Origin: a virus
Lineage: Duplodnaviria; Caudoviricetes
Reading direction: 5' to 3' (one strand)
IMG/VR virus record: IMGVR_UViG_3300012173_000004
Location: 39,044-103,043 of that record
Length of the DNA: 64,000 nt
Position numbers and translations under genes: made by a program. Shown one piece after another: positions 52,059 to 59,650 of this stretch (positions are counted from its first letter, which is position 1; every line of letters begins with the position of its first letter). The notes under the pieces are model-generated. The model was not told the origin of the DNA. It searched no databases and saw only the letters and a program-made list of their open reading frames with translations.

Positions 52059-52762
52059 TGTCAGCAACTGCTTGTTCCCGTTGTGGTGCTAAACTACTAG
52101 AACAATCTGCTTCAACATTATGTGAGAAGTGTCATGGAGCCTGGCTAGATGAAAGGCAACAACTATCCCGTTTCTATGATGTACCTATCAAAATGATTGA
52201 AGGTATTAGGATGGTGCTTGACGGCTTACAAGAAGCGTACCCTGCTTTTAAGCCTCAAGCAAACCACATGGATCAGACTCCAGCACGGGTAGGTAGGATG
52301 TTCTTAGAAATTTGTTGGGGTCTGGGCGTTGATCCTGCTAAGCATTTAGGCACGACATTTGAGGAGACCCAATATGGTGGAATTGTACTCGTCTCAGGAA
52401 TCCAGTTTACGAGCCTATGCATGCATCATTTTGCGATCTTCAGAGGTATTGCACACGTTGGCTATATCCCTAATAGACGCATCGTCGGCCTTTCAAAAAT
52501 TAACAGAGTCGTTGAAATACTTGCAGCTCGTCCTCAAGTCCAAGAACAGCTCACCTTCCAGATAGCGGACCTATTACACTCAACACTCAAGCCGAAAGGG
52601 ACGATGGTCGTCTTAGAGGGGAGCCACGATTGTATTGAGGTTAGAGGTGTACGCTCAAAAGGTTCTATCACAAAAACGTCAGAAGTACGAGGTATTTTCC
52701 ATGACAACAAATTCAACTGTAAGGATGAGTTTATGGCTTTGATAGAAACTAAGAAAGGATAG
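52058..52762 (+). CDS. folE: GTP cyclohydrolase I with extra N-terminal Zn ribbon
   Basis: TPARV, SLCMHH, GLSKINR, RPQVQE, H.C..RG; N-terminal CSRC..CEKC. Confidence 0.92.
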   Translation: MSATACSRCGAKLLEQSASTLCEKCHGAWLDERQQLSRFYDVPIKMIEGIRMVLDGLQEAYPAFKPQANHMDQTPARVGRMFLEICWGLGVDPAKHLGTTFEETQYGGIVLVSGIQFTSLCMHHFAIFRGIAHVGYIPNRRIVGLSKINRVVEILAARPQVQEQLTFQIADLLHSTLKPKGTMVVLEGSHDCIEVRGVRSKGSITKTSEVRGIFHDNKFNCKDEFMALIETKKG

Positions 52763-52870
52763 TTATAATGGAGATGGCGTTCGTCCTACTAGGAGTTTCA
52801 ATAGGCATCAGCATTACAACCATATACTTCCATTGGTTGAAGCACATAAACAGGTTCTAAATTATAAAAG

Positions 52871-53040
52871 AGGGTGCACCGGGTTGAGCATATATTCGAG
52901 CACATTTAACCTTTGCACAATGTACTTAAGCCAGTACGTAGTAGACGCGATGACTCGCAGATGTCCATGATCTACGTTTAAACTGAGCTGTACCAGCACA
53001 TTTAATTTTTGCACTTCGGCTCTTAAGCCCGGTGCACCCT
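52871..53040 (+). ncRNA. 170-nt rod-shaped structured element with symmetric central bubble
   Basis: 13-bp terminal inverted repeat, inner hairpin, 20-nt direct repeat on both sides of the bubble. Confidence 0.6.
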
Positions 53041-53042
53041 TA

Positions 53043-53199
53043 GGGCGTTGAAAGTGATTGACGAGAACGGGTGATCAGATATCTCCTGTCCGGCGGTGTA
53101 CAAAACAACTACCCGATGGCCAGGTAGAGACCGAAACTTGCACTGGGCTACATGATCACAAGTGTAGTCGCGATTCTGTCAAGATCAATTAGCGTGCCT
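53043..53199 (+). ncRNA. multibranch structured element
   Basis: Closing stem plus CGGTGTA/TGCACTG, CTACC/GGTAG and GCTACAT/GTGTAGT arms. Confidence 0.5.
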
Positions 53200-53202
53200 C
53201 GT

Positions 53203-53294
53203 AGCATCCCTGTGGTTTACTCGTTAGCGTACTTTTCCACAGGGCTCATGAAAGCTTAGGCTTTTTTGAGCTTAAAAAGGGCCATATAGATGCT
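53203..53294 (+). ncRNA. three-way-junction structured element
   Basis: AGCATC/GATGCT, CCCTGTGG/CCACAGGG and GCTCA..AAAGC/GCTTT..TGAGC pairings. Confidence 0.45.
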
Positions 53295-53312
53295 GTGTGT
53301 GTGTGTGTGTGT
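53294..53312. repeat. (TG)9 microsatellite
   Basis: Read directly from sequence. Confidence 0.95.
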
Positions 53313-53432
53313 ATTATTTATATAAGAACTCAGTTCTAAAGCCCTGAGCTTTTAGAATCTGGAAGACGATAAGCGATACCGCCGAAGACGGCGAAAGTGG
53401 CGAAGACGCCACTTCTACGAAAGAGGGAAACA

Positions 53433-54143
53433 GTGGAACTTATAACACCCTACGCCCGCATCCTCCCACCAGTCAATATCAATTCAGGCAGCACTTGGCC
53501 GGGCACCAACATCATAACATCTTTCACCTCTGATGATGGACGCTTTCTTCTCAAACGTATTGAATATTGCGCCCGCATCAGTCATCGTTCAGAAGATGCA
53601 CCTGCTGATACTGAACGCTTTCTTCGTTCAGTCATTATCAATCATGGTGATTGGTCAGTTGTAGAGCATTGTTCTATCAGTGTGGAATTTCTCGTTGATC
53701 GAGGAATTACCCATGAGCTAGTCCGTCATCGAATCTTTTCGTTTACCCAGGAGTCTACTCGTTTTGTGAACTATTTAAAACGAGTCAGTGCTCGCTTTAT
53801 CTTGCCGCCCTTTCAAGAGGAAGATAGGTTAGGTGCTTCAGGTGTTTGGCATAATACTATCAATGCCTGTCTCGAAGGGTACACACAACTTATTAAGCTA
53901 GGTTGTTCACCACAGATTGCACGATCAGTTTTACCTAATGCGTTGTCGAGTAAGATCGTCACGACTGGTAATCTTCGCCAGTGGCGGCATTTCTTCATTA
54001 TGCGCACGACGAAAGAAACACACCCACAGATGCGAGAAGTTACTGTGCCACTTTTGGCTGAAGTTCAGCGAGTGATTCCAATTCTTTTTGAGGATATTGA
54101 AACAGGTGCATCACAGCGCGACAATCTTAGATTACCAAGATAG
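53433..54143 (+). CDS. thyX: flavin-dependent thymidylate synthase
   Basis: SVVEH, ELVRHRIFSFTQESTR, ARSVLP, NLRQWRHF; GTG start after GAGGG. Confidence 0.93.
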   Translation: MELITPYARILPPVNINSGSTWPGTNIITSFTSDDGRFLLKRIEYCARISHRSEDAPADTERFLRSVIINHGDWSVVEHCSISVEFLVDRGITHELVRHRIFSFTQESTRFVNYLKRVSARFILPPFQEEDRLGASGVWHNTINACLEGYTQLIKLGCSPQIARSVLPNALSSKIVTTGNLRQWRHFFIMRTTKETHPQMREVTVPLLAEVQRVIPILFEDIETGASQRDNLRLPR

Positions 54144-54402
54144 GAGCCAGCATGGAACAACTTCAACCCGTCATTGTTTCTTATCCGCCAAACCCACACT
54201 GCCATGGTAATATGATGCTTTATGAGGCGACTATGCCTAGCGTCTTTGAACCTAAGGCATTAGTTTATCGTTGCTTTTCTTGTAGAGGTCAAGCAACGAC
54301 ACCAATCAAGGCAGTTCCAGTATTCACTTATCGTAAGGGTGGAAAGTATTACATGCCTCCGCAAGTTGACGCAGTTCCTGAAGAGTTAGGTGAGACTGAA
54401 TA

Positions 54403-55725
54403 ATGTTCTGTCAGATCTTAGATCATAATTATAGTCGAATCTTCAGTCCCACATTTGAGGTCAAGCAACTACTTCGTGTAAAGCATAAACACTGGAGTAA
54501 TTGGAAGAAGGCTTTTGAGTTTAATGATATTGATTTCATAGATGCTACAACTGGTAGTATTCTTACTGGTTTAGTACCTCATATCCAATCTAAGATTGAT
54601 TTAGTCGTACAAAGTGATGCACGCCAATTTCCTGTCGTCGAATTTCGTGAACCTCAACTTCAGATTTCTGCCCGACCATATCAGATTGAATACATCCTAG
54701 CGGCGCTAAAACGCATGCGTATGATTGTGCATGCTACAACAGGATCTGGTAAGACTTTCATGATGGCAGCTTTGATGGATATCATCGGACTTGATGCCCT
54801 AGTAATGGTACCTAACAAGACGCTTGAAGCTCAGGTTGCAACAGAGTTAGAAAAGATTCTTCCTAAAGAACGTCCTTACAAATATGAGATTGGTATACCA
54901 CGCAACTTCCACAAGTGGTCAATATATAACCTCCAAGCCTACCCTGTTCTTATAGCTGATGAGTGCCATTCCTACGCTGCGGATCAGGCAAAGCAAGTCA
55001 TTCTGGCACAGGCTGCACCCTTTCGTTTCGGATTTACAGGTACACCTGTGGGTCGTAGTGATGGTCGAGATCTGGATGTTCAGGGTTTGTTTGGTGAGAT
55101 TGTTAAGCTTATTGAGCCTTCTACTTTAGTGGAACAGGGTTATATTGCACCCACGCAAGTAGATTTGTATCATGCTAATTGGGAAGGCGATTTTCCACTG
55201 ATGGAAAAGGTTTTTATTGTTGAAAATGAGAAGCGTAATAATCTAATACTTGAAATTGTCAATCAGTTTAAGAAGCAATCAATCTTGATCTTAGTGCGCC
55301 GTATTGATCATGGCGAACGTTTACAGAGAGCTATACCCCATTCTGTTTTCGTTCAAGGCAATGTTAGTGGTGAAGATCGTGAACGCATTCGTGAAGATGT
55401 TAAGAGTGGAAGAACCCGCATCTTGATCGCCAGCAATGTCTTCGCGGCAGGATTAGATATTCCTAATTTGGGAGTAGGTATTAATGCTGGTGGGGGTAAG
55501 GCAGAGATTCTCACAGGTCAAAAGTCAGGCCGTTTGATGCGTCCCTGGGAAGGCATGTGTAAAAAGTGGATTGACATCTATGACGCTTATCATCCCACCA
55601 TGGAGCAACATAGCCGTGAAAGATATAGAATTTATAAAAATGCGGCTTTGCCAATTGATTTCATTGGATTCACAGAAGCAAAACAATTACGGTTAAAAGA
55701 AGAAATCAAGGTGGAGGATCAATGA
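54403..55725 (+). CDS. superfamily 2 helicase (UvsW-like)
   Basis: RPYQ, TGSGKT, DECH, TGTP, GLDIP, QKSGRLMR. Confidence 0.9.
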   Translation: MFCQILDHNYSRIFSPTFEVKQLLRVKHKHWSNWKKAFEFNDIDFIDATTGSILTGLVPHIQSKIDLVVQSDARQFPVVEFREPQLQISARPYQIEYILAALKRMRMIVHATTGSGKTFMMAALMDIIGLDALVMVPNKTLEAQVATELEKILPKERPYKYEIGIPRNFHKWSIYNLQAYPVLIADECHSYAADQAKQVILAQAAPFRFGFTGTPVGRSDGRDLDVQGLFGEIVKLIEPSTLVEQGYIAPTQVDLYHANWEGDFPLMEKVFIVENEKRNNLILEIVNQFKKQSILILVRRIDHGERLQRAIPHSVFVQGNVSGEDRERIREDVKSGRTRILIASNVFAAGLDIPNLGVGINAGGGKAEILTGQKSGRLMRPWEGMCKKWIDIYDAYHPTMEQHSRERYRIYKNAALPIDFIGFTEAKQLRLKEEIKVEDQ

Positions 55726-55890
55726 GCTTCACAGATCGTTTCTGGTTGTGGCTTTCTTTCAAAATGCCACAACGCCTCATTTATTGGTGTTCAATTCGGT
55801 TGATGAGCCGTGCTACTGTGGGTGAGTATGGAGACACAATAGTTTCTGAACTTCTAGCAATGGATGCCCTGAAACGTTGGGAGACAACTA

Positions 55891-56229
55891 GTGGACGACC
55901 TTTTTCCGACAAAGAGTTTGGTAACAAGCAAGCTGATAAACGCAACTCCGGATCTGTGTCGCCTCGCATATATGTATGCGTTAGGCAAATACTATCCATC
56001 CGTGATGGTGCCTTACGTGTATGGCGTGCAACGTTTTCAGAAATTAGCTTGCCTCTTAAATGAAGAAAAGATTAGGCCTGATAGGTATATTTTGCATTGG
56101 TTTAGTGTTTGGAATACTCACAGGTATCAAAGCAAAGCGTCTAGATATCCAAGTCCTAAACAACTTGAAGACAAGGCTCTAGTTCTAGTATACCGCCAGG
56201 CGACAGGTGATGACAAACTTTGCACCTAG
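55891..56229 (+). CDS. hypothetical protein upstream of replicative helicase
   Basis: ORF track; overlaps helicase start. Confidence 0.5.
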   Translation: MDDLFPTKSLVTSKLINATPDLCRLAYMYALGKYYPSVMVPYVYGVQRFQKLACLLNEEKIRPDRYILHWFSVWNTHRYQSKASRYPSPKQLEDKALVLVYRQATGDDKLCT

Positions 56230-57499
56230 CTTTCAGACACGTCTACTCGCACTTCTGTGTCTTGACAAGGATTTTTTTCTTGCTCAAGCTCAGCATATGC
56301 AGGGTATCTATTTTACTACTTTTATAGGGAAGTGGTTATTTGAATATGTTACTGCACACTTTACACAGTACAAGGAACTTCCCACTCTTGCAATTATTGA
56401 AAATGAAATTGCGAGGCAGAATCCTGACATTCTTCCTGAAGAACATACAGGCCTACAAGAATTCTTCAGTATCGTTACATCAGGTTCGGTTACTGAAGCT
56501 GATTACATCAAGACCACGGTTTCAAAGTTCATTAGTAATAGGCGGGTTCGCCTTGCACTCAGCGAACAAAATGATGCCATTGAAGCTGGCGATGTCGAAG
56601 TATTACTCGATGCATTAAAGAGGATACGCCCTCCAGAAAAAACTAGGGGTTTAGAAGATGTTTATACTTTTTCACTTTTAAATTTACGTGAGATTTACGA
56701 ATCCGTCGGTGCCTGCAGGACAGGTATACCTCTTATTGATAATTACGTAGGAGGTCTATTCAATAAAGAATTAACTTTGTTCATGGCAGATACTAACGTG
56801 GGTAAAAGCTTAATGCTTAATTTCGTTGGGGGACAACTACTCCGACAGCAGAAAAAGATTTTACATGTAACATTAGAAATGTCTGCAGCTCGTACATTAT
56901 TACGTTATATGGCAACGCTCATAGACATGGGCAGTAGTTTGAATTATAACAATCTCATAGCCTGTCAACCCCTAGAACAGGTATTTGATTACGTTTATAG
57001 TTTACGCGAACGTTACGAACCATATTTGGCATTAGAAGAATTACCCACAGGCCGCGGCAGCATTCAAGATATTGAAAAGCTTATTGAAAAACATGAGCCT
57101 AAGGTACTTTTAGTAGATTATTTGGATCTTATCCGCCCAGCTAAGGTTCGTGAACATAAGCGTTTTGAGTTAGGAGATATAGCTGTACAACTTCGTGGTT
57201 TAAGTAATCAGTACAACATCCCTGTGGTCTCTGCGACTCAGACATCTAAAGCTGCAGCCAATCGTCGTATTGTGGGGAAGGAGTTTGTCGCTGAAGATTA
57301 TGAGAAAATAAGAGTTTCAGATGTTGTTGTAGGCATGGGCCAAACACAGGATGATGCTCTTAAACGTGAAGTTATTCTTAACTTAACTAAATCTCGTAAC
57401 ACCGAAAAGGGTCGCATGGAACGTTATACCATAGATTACAATACGGTTCGCTTTATCCTTCAGCGGGCAGAGATCTATGGAAGTGGGGATGCAGCGTGA
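56210..57499 (+). CDS. DnaB-like replicative helicase
   Basis: ADTNVGKS, TLEMS, VDYLD, SATQ, KSRN. Confidence 0.9.
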   Translation: MTNFAPSFQTRLLALLCLDKDFFLAQAQHMQGIYFTTFIGKWLFEYVTAHFTQYKELPTLAIIENEIARQNPDILPEEHTGLQEFFSIVTSGSVTEADYIKTTVSKFISNRRVRLALSEQNDAIEAGDVEVLLDALKRIRPPEKTRGLEDVYTFSLLNLREIYESVGACRTGIPLIDNYVGGLFNKELTLFMADTNVGKSLMLNFVGGQLLRQQKKILHVTLEMSAARTLLRYMATLIDMGSSLNYNNLIACQPLEQVFDYVYSLRERYEPYLALEELPTGRGSIQDIEKLIEKHEPKVLLVDYLDLIRPAKVREHKRFELGDIAVQLRGLSNQYNIPVVSATQTSKAAANRRIVGKEFVAEDYEKIRVSDVVVGMGQTQDDALKREVILNLTKSRNTEKGRMERYTIDYNTVRFILQRAEIYGSGDAA

Positions 57500-57515
57500 A
57501 AGAATGGGAATATAA

Positions 57516-58403
57516 GTGGAATTACGAGTTGCTAAAATTATCATCGCCAAGCGTTTTGGAGAGTTCCGTCTGGCAGGAGATGAAATCCTCATTTGCTGTC
57601 CGTTCTGCACAGCTCGTGGACGAGGCGTTGATCGAAACTTTAAACTCTATCTTAACCCCGTCAAAGATGCAGCCCACTGTTTCAGATGCGAATATTCTGG
57701 AAGGGTCAGCAACCTCATCCCACAGCTCGCAGTTTTCGAATCTAACTTTGCAGAAATTGAACGACGTCCTCCTTTCGTTGAGTCTGATACCGAGGCCTTC
57801 CCTGCCTGCGTGGATATTGCCGAGTTGTCCCCCAACGAAATGGCGAGAACTTATATTGAAGGTCGGGGGTTTAGAGTTAGTGACCTACCTGGAAGGTTCT
57901 TTTACTGTCACGACTATAGGAAAGGGAACTACTCTTTTGGTGCCAGAGTTATCATGCCTGTCCATCAAGGAGGTGTATATCGTGGATTCCAGGCTCGAAC
58001 CCTTGAGGATCATAAAGTTAAATACGTCAATTCTACCGGAATGGATAAGAGATACTTACTATACAATTACGACTGTGCCATTCAACAGGATGCAGAGCTC
58101 ATTATAACTGAGGGAATTTTTGATTGTTTAAAGGCAGGACCTACTGCGGTTGCTGCCTTTGGTAAAGCTGTTTCTCCAGAGCAAGTACGTTTAATTGCAC
58201 TGGGTAATTTTAAGAAGGTAATCATTCTACTTGACAATGATGGCACGGCGAAAAAGGATATTGACCAATTATCTAAGGCACTAGCTCCAAATTTTAATAC
58301 ATACGTTGCTTTACTTGATGGTCATGACGCAGGTGAACTATCATACGAAGAAATTAGACGATTCTTATCAGATCCAAATAGCAACGTCAAAAGGATTTAC
58401 TAA
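57516..58403 (+). CDS. DNA primase (Zn finger + toprim)
   Basis: CPFC..HCFRC, FQAR, KYVN, TEGIFD, LLDND. Confidence 0.9.
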   Translation: MELRVAKIIIAKRFGEFRLAGDEILICCPFCTARGRGVDRNFKLYLNPVKDAAHCFRCEYSGRVSNLIPQLAVFESNFAEIERRPPFVESDTEAFPACVDIAELSPNEMARTYIEGRGFRVSDLPGRFFYCHDYRKGNYSFGARVIMPVHQGGVYRGFQARTLEDHKVKYVNSTGMDKRYLLYNYDCAIQQDAELIITEGIFDCLKAGPTAVAAFGKAVSPEQVRLIALGNFKKVIILLDNDGTAKKDIDQLSKALAPNFNTYVALLDGHDAGELSYEEIRRFLSDPNSNVKRIY

Positions 58404-58413
58404 GGAGAAAAAC

Positions 58414-59058
58414 ATGACAAAAGTAACTGTTGAAGACGTGGTGAATTTATCTCCACGTGAACTTATTACAAAGATGACTACCAAGGGTGAAGAACCAGCA
58501 ATAGTGGTGGTAACGGAGCCCACCGAGGAAGGGCCGCCCGCATCTCTTGTGCTATCAACTCAACCTATTGTTCCCACGGAACAGGCTGCTCCTGCTTCAG
58601 AGCAAGTACAGGTTGATACAGATCCTGCTGTGAAGTCTGAATTCAACAAGAAGCAGTTGAAGGGGTTATTTGATGATGCACACATTTTTGTCAAAGGGCA
58701 AACCTTTAGTGCTGTGCATGGCATCAGTGGCGGTACTGTTGAAGTAGTATCTGTTGAAAACTCTTCCGGTCGTGTCAAGTTTAAGGTGCAGGAAACCGGT
58801 GAGATCTTCAGCCAGGCTGCAGCTGTGCTTCGTGGGGGTAAGGAAGAATTGCCCTACAAGAAGGGTGATTTCATTCTATTTGAAGACCATGTCTATGAGA
58901 TCATCGGCCTAAACCCGGCCAATCGCAATGTTGTCATCAATCTGAACGGAGTGAAACGTTATCTCAAAATTTCAAAGGTGGCGCCAGTTGGTGGATCAGA
59001 TGAGAATGTGCCTACAAATGGAGAACAGCAAGTTAGCCCACAAACACCCACGGCCTGA
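58414..59058 (+). CDS. hypothetical protein
   Basis: AAGGAG SD, ATG 58414. Confidence 0.6.
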   Translation: MTKVTVEDVVNLSPRELITKMTTKGEEPAIVVVTEPTEEGPPASLVLSTQPIVPTEQAAPASEQVQVDTDPAVKSEFNKKQLKGLFDDAHIFVKGQTFSAVHGISGGTVEVVSVENSSGRVKFKVQETGEIFSQAAAVLRGGKEELPYKKGDFILFEDHVYEIIGLNPANRNVVINLNGVKRYLKISKVAPVGGSDENVPTNGEQQVSPQTPTA

Positions 59059-59650
59059 AACAACGTTTCGGGAACTCGTGGATAATGCGGTGCATTCATA
59101 TATACACAGGGATGAAATTAATACTGTGTACAATATTGCATCGCAAAAGGAGTTAGTTGATTTCATTGACTACGTAGCGCATTGTCCTGTTTGTGCTACG
59201 GGCATGAAATTGGCGCCTTCAGATAATATTGTTGTTCTTTTTAAAAAGTTAGATCCAGGTGCGAAGTGTCCTGAAAAGGCTTATGAAGAGGATGCAGGCT
59301 TTGATCTTTTTTCTCTTCACACTGTGGATTTATTGCCAGGCCAGAAGGTAGAAGTATCAACAGGCCTTGCAATGGAAATGCCAGGTCACCTGTATGCTAC
59401 CATTGATGGCAAAAGTTCATTTGGCGCGCAAGACGTCTATACTTTTAGAGGGGTGTACGACGCAGGATACCGTGGATATATTAGTGCTTTCATGTGCAAT
59501 AATGGTACTGAAAGAATTACGATCCAACGTTACCAAAAGTGTGCGCAGCTTATTTTCCACCACAGGCTCCCGATACAACTTGTTACGACTAATGAACTTA
59601 GTCCTTCCTCAAGAGGCGAAGGTCGCTTCGGATCGACTGGAAAGTTTTAA
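59000..59650 (+). CDS. dut: trimeric dUTPase with N-terminal extension
   Basis: DAGFDL, GKSS, GVYDAGYRG, AQL, RGEGRFGSTG; start uncertain. Confidence 0.9.
   Translation: MRMCLQMENSKLAHKHPRPETTFRELVDNAVHSYIHRDEINTVYNIASQKELVDFIDYVAHCPVCATGMKLAPSDNIVVLFKKLDPGAKCPEKAYEEDAGFDLFSLHTVDLLPGQKVEVSTGLAMEMPGHLYATIDGKSSFGAQDVYTFRGVYDAGYRGYISAFMCNNGTERITIQRYQKCAQLIFHHRLPIQLVTTNELSPSSRGEGRFGSTGKF

Noticed and set aside
52899-53014. Mini-CRISPR array (20-nt repeat x2)
   Set aside because: Only two short repeats, a 76-nt self-complementary spacer and no cas genes; better explained as part of one folded element.
52871-53040. Retron msr/msd or MITE
   Set aside because: No reverse transcriptase or transposase in the window, single copy, no clear target-site duplication.
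57496-58107. 203-aa ORF overlapping the primase
   Set aside because: Alternative frame of a clear primase gene, with no motifs.
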